From the NCBI GenBank assembly GCA_965240325.2, contig OZ251239.1:744001-808000 (forward strand): a DNA stretch of 64,000 nucleotides. Reading direction: 5' to 3'. The position numbers and the translations under genes are program-made. Below are positions 1 through 9,927 of the stretch, piece after piece (positions within the stretch are counted from its first letter, which is position 1; the number at the start of each line of letters is the position of its first letter). The notes under the pieces were generated by a model. That model did no database searches and was not told where the DNA came from. It worked only from the letters and a program-made list of their open reading frames with translations. The DNA is from Rebecca billardiae RCC1528. Taxonomy: Eukaryota; Protista; Haptophyta.

Positions 1-1330
1 GGCGTGTCCAACGCGCTCAAGTTCACCGACCGCGGCGGCACCGTGCAGTTCCGCGTGTGGCTCGGCGAGGAGGACAAGCGCACGCAGGCGGGGATGCACC
101 GGCTGCACATCGCCATCGCCGACAGCGGCATCGGCCTCTCGGAGAATGAGCTCAAGGCGATCAACTCAGGCAAGGTGTTCACGCAGGTGGGGCGCGGCCA
201 GCTGCAGGGGAAGGGCGGCACCGGCCTGGGCATCTCGATCACGCAGTCGATCCTCGCGATGCACAACGACTCGGAGCTGATCGTCACGTCGGGCGGCGAC
301 GGCCAGGGCACCAACTTCGAGATCACGCTCTACCTCGAGGTGGCGGAGCCGGGCAAGCCGGGCTCGCACAGCCCGCTGCTCACGTCGAGCGCCGACGAGT
401 CGCTCCAAGCCCACGAGATGCGGCGCGAGGTCGCGCGCGCGAGCCCGTCCACCATCCGCATGCACTTTGCGGCCGCGGCGGCGTCGCCGCCGCCGGTCGA
501 GCCCGCGCGCGAGCCGTCGACGGACTCGGAGACGGAGTCCCGCCCGGTCTCACGCCGCATGTCGGTCCTCGAGGCGCCGGCAAAGGAGCTGCCTCCGTCG
601 TTCTGCTGCCTGCACGTGGAGGTGTGCGCGCGCGCGCCGCCCGCGCGCGCCCGTGCGCGCGCCGCGCGCGGGGCGAGGTGTGCGGGCTCCGCCGCCTCAC
701 GCACGCCCCGCCCGCCGCCCCGCGCCGCGCCGCGTGGCACAGGACGACACCTTCCTCCAGCTCACGATGCCGCACGCCACCTTCATCCGCGCAAAGTGCC
801 GCTGGGAGACGGCGGACAACGGCGAGGTCGCGCTCGAGATGGTTGCCCACCGGCAGACGACCGGGCTGCCTCCGTACGAGATCATCGTGATGGACAACCA
901 GGTGCGTGCCGCGCGCTCGCGCTCGCGCTGCGCGAGCGCGCCTTCACGCGCGCGGTGGCTGCTTGCGCGGGGCGCGCTCGCGGCGGATGGTGGTCGCTGG
1001 CAGGGGCGCGGCCGTCTTTCGCGCAGAGCCCGCCGCCCGCGGCCTCACTCGCGCTCGCGCCCGCGCCGCCCCGCGCGCGCACGCGCCGCCGTGCAGATGC
1101 CGCGGATGAACGGCTGCGCCGCGGTGCGCGAGCTGCGCGCGAGCGGGTACACCGGCATCATCATCGGCATGACGGGCGACCCGATCGGCTCGCCCGAGCG
1201 CGGCGAGTTCGAGGCGGCGGGGCTGAGCGCGTGCGTCGAGAAGGACACCTCCGGCACCGACTACATCGTGCAGGTGATCCGCTCGTTCTGCCGGGCGCCG
1301 GAGGCGCCGGTGCTCGTCGCGGGCGCGTAA
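1..1330 (+). CDS. Hybrid sensor histidine kinase, 3' part (HATPase_c + receiver domain); 5'-truncated; exons 1-621, 743-901, 1097-1330
   Basis: N-box SNALKFT, G1 IADSGIG and G2 GGTGLGISI are present. Removing GT-AG introns 622-742 and 902-1096 rebuilds the receiver motifs LHVE|DD, IIVMDNQ|MPRMNG, GMTG and VEK. Confidence 0.9.
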
Positions 1331-1729
1331 GCGCGACGCCCACAGGCGGCGACGCGCTCGTTGTGGCGGCACGATGGCTTGGAGCCGACGCGCGCGCGTA
1401 CTCTGACGGGGGCGCCAGCCGCCTCGTGGCTTGTCGTGGCACGTGACAGACTGACACACTACGTGAGTGAGTTCAGCAGCATCATCTGATTCATCAGCAT
1501 TCATCGTCGTCAGCACATTCATTCATCATTATTCAGTCAATGGCATCCATCAGGCTTATTAGCAGTCTCACTTCAATCTTCATTCGTTCAGAACGCGCTC
1601 GCGGTGAAGTGAAGACGAACGGTCATCATCCAAGTGATGCGCTGGCGGTCGCGGCGGCTGCAGCCCCGCGCGCCGCGCATGATCTAACTCGGCTGCCGAG
1701 CCATGTGAGAGTCCGCGCCGCCTCGGGCA

Positions 1730-3229
1730 TCAGCCGCGCTCGAACCCGGCAGCGGTCACGGGGGCAAGGCCGAGCGGTCTGACAAGCGCCGCCTCCATGG
1801 TTGCCCCCCCTCTGCCGCTGAGGGGCCTCGGCGCCAGCGCTGCTCGGGCGCGGCACGCGGGGCGGGGCGAGGGCTTGGGCGTGCGCGTGGCGCGCAGGCG
1901 CTTACTCCGCCTCAAGCTGCGGTGCAGCAGCAGAGCCATGAGCACCGCGCCGGCGGCGGCGGTGCACAGCGGCACGAGCTGGGGCGGCGGCCGCTCGAGC
2001 CCGGCGGCGGTCGGCTGCGTCAGGGCCGCGGCGGCAACGCCGGGCAAGTGCACCGCCGCCGCGACGAGCGCGGGCGCGCCCGTGGCGGCCACGCCCGCGA
2101 CGGCGGCACGGATGTCAGCGACCGCTGCCGCCGCCGGCAAGATCGCACTGACCGGCGTGTCCGGCGGCGGCTTGGAGCTCCGATTGCGCTCGTCCATGCC
2201 CGCCGCCGGTGTCCAGTCCCACAGCACCTGCTCGTCGATCCTGTCGAGTGCGTCGGTGTCGAGCAGCTTGTACGACCTCCCGACGAGCCCTCGGCGCGAG
2301 ATTGCAATCACGCGCGCGCGCCGCGCCCAGCCGACGAGACCGTACGCGTGGTAGCCGACGCCGCCGGCGTAGCACAGCTGCACGCCGTGGTACGGCGCGC
2401 AGAAGTCGTTCAGGTGGTCGTGCGCCGCGAGCACCGCGCGCACGTCGCCCGCCTTCACGAGCGCGGCGCACATACCCGCATTTACCCGCCCAGTACTCAC
2501 CGGCTCCTGGAACTCGCCGACGCGCGCGCGCCCGCCCGAGCCGGTGGCAGCGGCGGCGTACTCGGGCAGCGGGATGTGGAAGAAGGCGAGCGCCGGCGGC
2601 GGCGCGCCGAGGTGCGCCTTCCGCCGCGCCGCCGCCTGCTCGGAGAACCACGCCACCTGGTCCGGATGGAACCAGTCGTACTCGCCCTCGTGGCCGGGCG
2701 CGGCCGAGTCTCCGCCCGAGTCGAGAACGTACAGGCTGAGCTCGGGGAGCGCGGCGGCGTGGGCGGACGCGTCGTCGGCGGCGGGGTACACGTCGAGCAC
2801 GTACGTCCCCGCGCCGTTGTGCACCGCGTGCACCGGCCCCACCGTCGCGCGGCAGTGCTCGTACTGCGTGAGGCGGCGCATGAGGTGCGCGCGGCTCCAG
2901 CCCGCCTTGTCGTCGTGGTTGCCGAGCGTGGCGAACCAGGGCGTGGCGCTCTCGATGGCGGGGGAGAAGGCGAGCTGCATCGACGCATCCGGGTCCGCCG
3001 CGTCGTCGAAGATGTTGTCGCCTGTGAACGCGACGAGGTCCGGCTGGACGCTCGCGATCAGCCTGCGCACAAACGCGGTCGTGTTGAGGTCGGAGCAGGG
3101 CCACTGGCGCTGCGCGGTGGTGAGGTCGACGCACGGCGAGCTGGCGCCGTTGCCGATGTGCATGTCCGCCACCTGCAGGATCGTGAACGTGCCGTCATCC
3201 CGGAAGCGCAGCGGCGCGGCCGCGGGCAT
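1730..3229 (-). CDS. Calcineurin-like metallophosphoesterase (Dcr2 / PAP14-28-29 type) with a C-terminal hydrophobic anchor
   Basis: LRFRDDGTFTILQVADMH, FTGDNI, LGNHD, FFHIPLPEY, AHDHLNDF and YGLVGWARRARVI motifs. ATG at 3229 is preferred over the longer ORF start, which overlaps the opposite gene. Confidence 0.9.
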   Translation of the reverse strand: MPAAAPLRFRDDGTFTILQVADMHIGNGASSPCVDLTTAQRQWPCSDLNTTAFVRRLIASVQPDLVAFTGDNIFDDAADPDASMQLAFSPAIESATPWFATLGNHDDKAGWSRAHLMRRLTQYEHCRATVGPVHAVHNGAGTYVLDVYPAADDASAHAAALPELSLYVLDSGGDSAAPGHEGEYDWFHPDQVAWFSEQAAARRKAHLGAPPPALAFFHIPLPEYAAAATGSGGRARVGEFQEPVSTGRVNAGMCAALVKAGDVRAVLAAHDHLNDFCAPYHGVQLCYAGGVGYHAYGLVGWARRARVIAISRRGLVGRSYKLLDTDALDRIDEQVLWDWTPAAGMDERNRSSKPPPDTPVSAILPAAAAVADIRAAVAGVAATGAPALVAAAVHLPGVAAAALTQPTAAGLERPPPQLVPLCTAAAGAVLMALLLHRSLRRSKRLRATRTPKPSPRPACRARAALAPRPLSGRGGATMEAALVRPLGLAPVTAAGFERG

Positions 3230-3368
3230 GGGCCTGCAGGCTTGGGCGTCAGTGGCGGGGCGGACGGGCGGCCACCATTGACGTGAGCGCCATTGCAAGT
3301 TGAAGTCTCTGATCCGCCCGACCGCCCCCGGCGACGCGCGGCGCGGGCGTTGTCGGCCGTTCGCCAGC

Positions 3369-6212
3369 ATGGCGCTGCGCGCGGCGTGGGCAGCCCTGCT
3401 GCTCGTGTCGGCCGTGCTCTTTGCGGTGCAGCTGGCGGTGCTCCCGGACGTCAGCCGGCCTGTGAGCGCGCCGGCGCAGCCGCCCTTCGTCGTCCACGTC
3501 GTCAATCTCTTCGAGGGCGCCGCCGTCACGGCAGGCGGCGCGGGCGGCGCGCCGGGCAGCGCGCGCGACGAGTACGAGCTGGCGCGCGCGTCGTGGGCGC
3601 GAGCGGCGGAGTACGCGCGCGCGCACGGGGTCGTGGTCGACCTCGTCGCCGCGTGCTACAAGCGCGACCTCGCCCGGCTCGCGCGGCCGCCCTTCCGCGC
3701 GGCGCGTCCGCTCGAGCACTCGTTCAACGGCTCGAAGCGGCTCCCGCTGCTCGCGGAGATCCTCGAGCGCGGCGTGGAGAGCTCGGCGGCGCCGTGGGTG
3801 GTGTACACGAACTCGGACATCATCATGCGCGAGGACGCGTACGTCCGCATCGCCGAGCTCGTGCGCTCGCTCCGCGGCGTCGACACGGCCTTCTCCGTCA
3901 CGCGCCGCGACATCCCGCCGGTCGATCGCGAGTCGACGCTCGCGGAGGTGGAGGCGACGGAGGGCGTGGCGCACAAGGGGCACGACACGTTCGTGATGCC
4001 GCGCGGCTTCGCGGCGCGCCTCGCCCGCGCCGGCCTCGGCCGCCTCGCCACCGGCTACTCGCCCGTCGGCTGCTTCCTGCTGCAGGCGCTCGCACAGCTC
4101 GGCCCGGTCGAGATTGCGCGAGATTCGGGCTGGACGCTGCACACGACTGCGACGGACGAGGCGGGCGGGGGCGCGGCGAAGGAGGCGTACGCGGCGCTGC
4201 GCGAGCGGCGCAAGGCCGAGCAGATGCAGCGCAACCGCCACGGCACCATCGTGAACTGGCTGAACGGAGCGGAGGCATTGCGCGCCGCGCAGCCGGCCGC
4301 GATGCGCCGCTGCTGCGCGATGCGGCCGCAGCGCGGCATGTACGCGTGCTGCGTGGCGCACACGGCGGTCGCGGACGCGGATCTGAAGCGGCGGATGCTC
4401 GCGTCGCAGTGCGACGCGCTCGACGCGCCGCCGCCCCCCTCGCCGCCCGCCGCCAACGCGTCGTCGCCGCTCGCGGCCGCGCCCGCGCCCGGCGCCGCGC
4501 GGCCGGGCGGCGCCGCGGCCGCGCCTCCTGTCGTGCTCGTCGTGCTCGAGCACGAGCTGGACGTGCGGATCGAGGCGCACGCGTACGCGCTGCGACTGCT
4601 CGACTACCTCGGCCGCTCGGTCGGCGCCAAGCTCATCGTCGCGCACGTGCGCAGGCTGGGCGCGGCGGGCGCGGGCGCGCGCGCTCTTGGAGGCCCGCAC
4701 TCGACCCTGGCATGGGGAGTGCTTCCCGTCTCCGTCTTGCAGCATGAGGCTCTGGGCGGGCGGGAGGAGGCGGAGCGCGCGCGGCACAGCGTGAAGGTGT
4801 CCGAGACCGACCTGACGCCGATCAACGCCGCGTGGCTGCGCCAGCACGCCGTCGACGCCATCGTCGCCGTCCTGCCCGGCGCCGAGCCCGCGCCGCGCGC
4901 GCCCGCGCCCGCCGCGGCCGACGCGCGCGCGGCCGAGGCCGCGCCCACTTACCCGGAGCTGCTGGCGCACCTGGCGGCGGTGGTGGGCCGCGCGCGGGCA
5001 AAGACGGGCAAGCGGCTGCCGCTCGCGCTGGCCACGGCGGGCGCCGTCTCGCCCGACGACGCGCCCGACGCCGCCGACTCGGCCGGCCTCGAGCGCGACG
5101 AGGCGGCCGCCGACAGCAGCTGGGAAATGGCGGAGGCGGCCGAGGCCGCGTGGCGCGCGCGGCTTGTGCTCGCGTGCGCGCGCGGCGTGGACGTGGTGCT
5201 GGCCGGCTCGGAGACGGAGCGGGAGCTGATCCTCGCGCGGCGGCCGTGCGCGCGGCCCGCCGCCGAGCCGGCCTCGGACGCCGCGCCGCCCAACCCGGCG
5301 GCCGGCGTCGGCGGCGCGGCCGCGCCGGCCGGCGACGAGCGCTTGAGCGACGCCGCTGCGCCGTCGGCGGCGGCCGCGGCGCCGCAGTCGCCAGCCGGCG
5401 GCGGCGGCGCGGCGGCGGGCGGGCTCGCGCCCGCCGTGGAGGCGTGGCCGTTCAGCACGCCCTCCGCGTGGCAGACCCTGCAGCGCGAGGTCGAGCTCGA
5501 GTTCGAGGGGCGGCAGCACGTCCTCTTTGTCGGCACGCCGCGCGGCCGCGCAGAGTGGTCGGTGCGCTGGCTGCTTGGGCACGTGTGGCCGCTGGTGGGC
5601 ATCGTCGACACCAGCATGGCGCTCACGCTGATCGGCGGGTACGCGACGAGCGGCGAGGGGAAGGTGAAGTTCGTCTCGTGGGCGCACGCGCTCGCGCGCG
5701 CGAAGGACGACGCCGCGCGCCTCGGCCGCAGCGCCGCGGAGCAGGCCGCGCTGCAACGCGTGTATGCTCTCACCGCGCCGCCCTCAGACCTGCGCTCAGT
5801 GCTGCGCATGCACCGGGTGCTCGTGGAGCCCGCCTTCTCGGGCGGGAACGCGACGGGGCTGGCGCCCGCCGCGACGCTCGCGCTGGCGAACGGGGCGGCG
5901 GTGCTCAGCACCACCGCGCGCGGGATCGGCTGCGTGCCGCGCGCCTCGGCGCGGCCGTGCGAGGCGGTGCGCGTCGCGCCCGCCTCCGACCCGGCCGCGT
6001 TCGCCGCCGCGCTCGTCGAGCTGCACGACTCGCGCGAGCTGTGGCACGCGCACGCGGCCGCCGGGCTGCGCCACGCCGGGCTGCAGCTCTCGACGCAGGC
6101 GCTGATGGACCGGAACGCGCTCGAGCGGCTGGTCGACTTGGCGCGCACCCCGCAGCCGCCGCCGCCGCCCGGGAGCGTCAGCGGCGGCGGTCGTAGTGGT
6201 GGCAGCAGCTGA
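3369..6212 (+). CDS. Type II membrane putative glycosyltransferase (N-terminal NSD/DxD-like domain; C-terminal GT4-like domain)
   Basis: N-terminal signal anchor, VVYTNSDII motif, and C-terminal HVLFVG...WLLGHVWP...VLVEP...ALANGAAVLSTT...DPAAFAAALVEL resembling a GT-B C-terminal lobe. Confidence 0.6.
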   Translation: MALRAAWAALLLVSAVLFAVQLAVLPDVSRPVSAPAQPPFVVHVVNLFEGAAVTAGGAGGAPGSARDEYELARASWARAAEYARAHGVVVDLVAACYKRDLARLARPPFRAARPLEHSFNGSKRLPLLAEILERGVESSAAPWVVYTNSDIIMREDAYVRIAELVRSLRGVDTAFSVTRRDIPPVDRESTLAEVEATEGVAHKGHDTFVMPRGFAARLARAGLGRLATGYSPVGCFLLQALAQLGPVEIARDSGWTLHTTATDEAGGGAAKEAYAALRERRKAEQMQRNRHGTIVNWLNGAEALRAAQPAAMRRCCAMRPQRGMYACCVAHTAVADADLKRRMLASQCDALDAPPPPSPPAANASSPLAAAPAPGAARPGGAAAAPPVVLVVLEHELDVRIEAHAYALRLLDYLGRSVGAKLIVAHVRRLGAAGAGARALGGPHSTLAWGVLPVSVLQHEALGGREEAERARHSVKVSETDLTPINAAWLRQHAVDAIVAVLPGAEPAPRAPAPAAADARAAEAAPTYPELLAHLAAVVGRARAKTGKRLPLALATAGAVSPDDAPDAADSAGLERDEAAADSSWEMAEAAEAAWRARLVLACARGVDVVLAGSETERELILARRPCARPAAEPASDAAPPNPAAGVGGAAAPAGDERLSDAAAPSAAAAAPQSPAGGGGAAAGGLAPAVEAWPFSTPSAWQTLQREVELEFEGRQHVLFVGTPRGRAEWSVRWLLGHVWPLVGIVDTSMALTLIGGYATSGEGKVKFVSWAHALARAKDDAARLGRSAAEQAALQRVYALTAPPSDLRSVLRMHRVLVEPAFSGGNATGLAPAATLALANGAAVLSTTARGIGCVPRASARPCEAVRVAPASDPAAFAAALVELHDSRELWHAHAAAGLRHAGLQLSTQALMDRNALERLVDLARTPQPPPPPGSVSGGGRSGGSS

Positions 6213-6505
6213 TGATGACGATGTCGTGACGATATATCATCTGTCGATCTATGATATGATGGTGCGCATCATCCCCGCCGCCAGCGGCAGCGCTCACAGC
6301 GCAGACGACAGCACGGTCAGCGGCAAGCCGCCCGGGGCGCGCCTCAACTCTACTCTGCGAGTCTGCGGCGGCGCGGCGGCGCCTGGAGCCGCCTCCGGGG
6401 GCTGGCTGGTCATGGCCGCGCTGCCTGACTCATCGCGCATGCTGCCAGCTGTCGGCGGATCGTCCGAGCAGCTCAGCTGCAGCAGAGTCGGAGCGCAGTA
6501 TGACG

Positions 6506-6510
<5 letters not shown>

Positions 6511-6590
<80 letters not shown>
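6511..6590. repeat. (GA)40 microsatellite
   Basis: Perfect dinucleotide run between convergent genes. Confidence 0.98.
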
Positions 6591-6594
<4 letters not shown>

Positions 6595-6864
6595 TATACG
6601 AGTATATAGCTGAGTGAGCTACTCGGAAGCGCCGGCGCCTGCTGCTGGCTGCTGCTGGCCGCGGGGCGGATCGGAGCGAGTCAGTGCGCGCGCCGCCGCC
6701 GCCGCGCGCCACTGGCGGCGGCGCGACGGCATCTGTAAGCAGCTGACGCGCGGTGGCGGACCGTCACCGAGCGACGCGAACACGCGCGAGCTCGTGCACG
6801 CGGGCGTGCGCGCGGCGTGTCGGTCCGCCCGCGCGGCACTATGACAGAACTCTGTCTCTGCCCG

Positions 6865-9750
6865 TCAGCGGCGGCGCGCGGCGCAGAGCGAGCCCGAGAG
6901 CCGGACCGGATCGGCAGGGCACGCGTCCGCGCTGTCGACAAAGGCGCCGCGCGGCCAGTCGGCCTCGCCGTCCTCGTCCTCGTCGACGCAGGGGGGCGCG
7001 TAGTCCACGCGCACGTCGCGCTCACACCGCTCGCTCTCCTCCGCCGCCACGACCACGCCCCGCCGCTCGAGCGCAGCGAGCGTGCCCTGTGCGGCCGCGC
7101 CCAGCGAGTTGCCGTCGGTCCGGACAATCTCGAGATCGAGATCGGCGGCGGCGGTGAGCGCGGCATCCGGCAGAGAGCTGAGCCGGTTGTCGCGCACGTC
7201 GAGCACGCGCAGCGCGGGCAGCGCGCCGAGCGTCGACTCGGGCAGCTCGGCCAGCCCGTTCTCAGCCACGTGCAGCAGCTCGAGCGACTCTTGCGAGCCC
7301 GCCGCGGCCGACGGCGCCGGCAGCGCGCTCAGCCGATTCGCGGTCGCAAGCAGAGCTTTGAGTGGCGGTCCGTCGGCGTCGAGCAGCCGGGCGGGCAGTG
7401 CGGAGAGAGAGTTGTCAGGCGCGGCGAGCACCTGCAGCCGCGGCAGCGACGCCAGCTCCGTCGGCAGCGCCGACAGCCGGTTCGAGCCCACGTCGAGGTG
7501 CACCAGCGCCGAGCAGAGGCCGAGCTCGGAGGGCAGGCTCGCGATCTGATTGGCCGAGAGGTCGAGGGTGCGTAGCGCCGAGAGCGAGCCGAGCCGCGCG
7601 CTCAGTCGGGCGGGGAAGCCCTCGAGGCCGTTGTGCGCGAAGCTGAGGCTGACCAGCCGCGACAGCCGGCCGAGCTCCGTCGGCAGGTCCGTGATCAGGT
7701 TGTGCCCGAGGTCGAGCGCGCGCAGCGAGCCGCGCGCCGCCGCGAGCGCCGAGCCGTTCACCCGCTCGAGCTGGTTGGTCGACGCGTTGACGGACATCAG
7801 GAGCCCGGAGCTCAGAGCGCCCAGCTCGGTGGGCAGCGCACCGAGGCCCTCGCCCGCCAGGTCGAGCGCCGCGCACGCGCACGCGAGCGGCGTGCCCTGC
7901 GCGGCGCATCCGTACGACACATTCACGCACCCTGCCCACAGCCGGGGGCCGAGGTGCGCGCGGCACTCGGCCTGATGCAGCGCGCGCGTGTCGAGCGAGC
8001 GCAGCGTCGCACTCGCGACGAACAGGCCGAAGGCGGCAGCGGGGACGAGGAGCGCGCTGGCGAGGAGGAGGACGAAGCGGAACGCGCGCCGCGCGCTCGC
8101 GTACGTCAGCGCGAGCGAGCCCACCAGCAGCGCGGCGCCCACGCCGAGCGGCACCCACGCCCAGCCCGCGGCCAGCTGGCACACGGTCACTTCCGGGAAA
8201 GTTCGCTGCACGCCCGCGAACGCGCCCGCCGCGGTCTCGGCGGCGTACGCCCAGCCGAGGCCGACGGCGAGCGCGCACAGCAGGGCGGCCCACGCGCACG
8301 CCGGCGCGAGCAGCCTGAGCAGCTGCCGCACGTCCAGCCGCGGCGGCGGCCTCGACCATCGCGACCACGCCAACTCTCCCAACGGCCCCTCCCGCCAGTT
8401 GTGCCGCACCGCCGCGCGCCGCTGCTTGGTGCGCCACGTGCGCGCGATCGTCGCGGCGGCCGAGCGGCGCGCGCTCTCGTCGATGCGCACGCGCACGTCG
8501 GCGAGGCTCTCCGCGCGCGCGCGCTTGCGCGCAAGGAACCCGCGGAACGCCGCCTGGATCCACACCGCCGCGCGCTCCTCCTGCACAGAGCGAGGCGTCA
8601 CGACTGTGACAGCGGAGCGTGCGAGGACAGGGCTGAGCCACGCGAGCCAGCCGAGCACGCCGTCGCGCGGGAGCTCGCGCACGCGGCGCGGCGGCGCGCG
8701 CGGACCGCCGAGCGCGGCGGCGTACGCGTCGAGCGGCACGCCGCCGACCTCCGCCTCCTCGTACGCCGCCGCCGCCGCGCCGAGCCCGAGCGCGCCGCCG
8801 CCGCCGTCGCCGCCGGCCGCCGGCTCGTCGTACCCCGTGCTCGCATCGTCGGCGCGCAGGCTGCCGCCGCGCGCCTCGAGCGCGGCGCGGAGCGCGGCGC
8901 GGCGCGCGTCGTCGAGCCCCTCGACGCCGCTCAGCTCGAGCTGCAGCGCCGCCGCTCGCCTCGCCACGCCCTCCTGCAGCCGGACCAGTCCGGTGTCCGT
9001 GAGCCGGTAGAGTCCGGACAAGTTGAGGCGGCCTAGGGTAGCGTTGGCGGCCAGCGCCTCTCCGAGCGGCCCCATCGCGCCGTCGCCGATGGCGTAGCAG
9101 CCGGAGAGGTCGAGGGCCGTGAGCGCGCGGTTGGCGCGCAGCCCGAGCCCCAGCTCCACCGCGCCGCGCTCCCCGATCTGCGTGCAGCCGGCCAGGTCGA
9201 GCAGCTGTACCGACGAATTCGACTGCAGCGCGTCGCCCAGGCTGCGCGCCGCGTGGTTGGAGAGCTGCGGGCAGACGGCGAGGCGGAGGACGGAGAGCGA
9301 GCGGTTCTCGCGGAGCGCGCCCGAGAGCTCGAGCACGCCCGCGTCGGTCAGCCGCGAGCAGCGCGACAGGTCGAGCGTGCGCAGCGAGGCGGTCGTGCGC
9401 AGCAGCAGTGCGAGCATGATGCATGCCGTCCGGTCCACGCCCGCGCAGCCGCAGAGCACGAGCACCTCGAGGCCGGGCGCGTGCTCGATGAGCGCAGCGA
9501 CGTTTGTGATCCCGTCGCACGTCAGGTGCGGGCTGTCCGACAGGTCCAGCTCGCGCAGCCGCGAGCGCGCGAGCGCGGGCTCGAGCGCGGGCGTCACGTC
9601 GACGAGCGACTTGTCGGTCAGCCGGCACGCGGTGAGGTCGAGGGTGTCCACGTCCTCCCACGCGGCGTCGGCGACGAGCACGGCCATCTCGCTCTCGCCC
9701 TTACGCCCGCCAAGGCGCAGCACGCCGCCGCGCTGGTGGAACGCCGCCAT
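6865..9750 (-). CDS. LRR (RNI/F-box-type) - IQ motifs - ~3 TM helices - Cys cap - LRR membrane protein
   Basis: N-terminal LDLSxCxxLTDxG repeats, IQAAFRGFLARK, three hydrophobic segments, a Cys-rich cap, then LxxLDLxxNxLxxLP repeats. Single uninterrupted ORF; ATG at 9750. Confidence 0.8.
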   Translation of the reverse strand: MAAFHQRGGVLRLGGRKGESEMAVLVADAAWEDVDTLDLTACRLTDKSLVDVTPALEPALARSRLRELDLSDSPHLTCDGITNVAALIEHAPGLEVLVLCGCAGVDRTACIMLALLLRTTASLRTLDLSRCSRLTDAGVLELSGALRENRSLSVLRLAVCPQLSNHAARSLGDALQSNSSVQLLDLAGCTQIGERGAVELGLGLRANRALTALDLSGCYAIGDGAMGPLGEALAANATLGRLNLSGLYRLTDTGLVRLQEGVARRAAALQLELSGVEGLDDARRAALRAALEARGGSLRADDASTGYDEPAAGGDGGGGALGLGAAAAAYEEAEVGGVPLDAYAAALGGPRAPPRRVRELPRDGVLGWLAWLSPVLARSAVTVVTPRSVQEERAAVWIQAAFRGFLARKRARAESLADVRVRIDESARRSAAATIARTWRTKQRRAAVRHNWREGPLGELAWSRWSRPPPRLDVRQLLRLLAPACAWAALLCALAVGLGWAYAAETAAGAFAGVQRTFPEVTVCQLAAGWAWVPLGVGAALLVGSLALTYASARRAFRFVLLLASALLVPAAAFGLFVASATLRSLDTRALHQAECRAHLGPRLWAGCVNVSYGCAAQGTPLACACAALDLAGEGLGALPTELGALSSGLLMSVNASTNQLERVNGSALAAARGSLRALDLGHNLITDLPTELGRLSRLVSLSFAHNGLEGFPARLSARLGSLSALRTLDLSANQIASLPSELGLCSALVHLDVGSNRLSALPTELASLPRLQVLAAPDNSLSALPARLLDADGPPLKALLATANRLSALPAPSAAAGSQESLELLHVAENGLAELPESTLGALPALRVLDVRDNRLSSLPDAALTAAADLDLEIVRTDGNSLGAAAQGTLAALERRGVVVAAEESERCERDVRVDYAPPCVDEDEDGEADWPRGAFVDSADACPADPVRLSGSLCAARRR

Positions 9751-9927
9751 GCGAAGCCGGTTTGGGGGCCCTGCCGGGCGTCGCCCCAGCAGCACTCCCC
9801 TGGTCCGCAGCCGGCAGCCCCGATTCCCAAATCGGGTCAACGGTTACATCGCGCTACTGGAGTACTGGTTATGGTGGGTACGGTAGCCACGGCGTGCGGG
9901 ACCCCCAGCACGCGGCCGCGTGCACGC

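Noticed and set aside
1-1330. Bacterial two-component gene or contamination
   Set aside because: The receiver domain is split by two spliceosomal introns, so this is a eukaryotic hybrid kinase.
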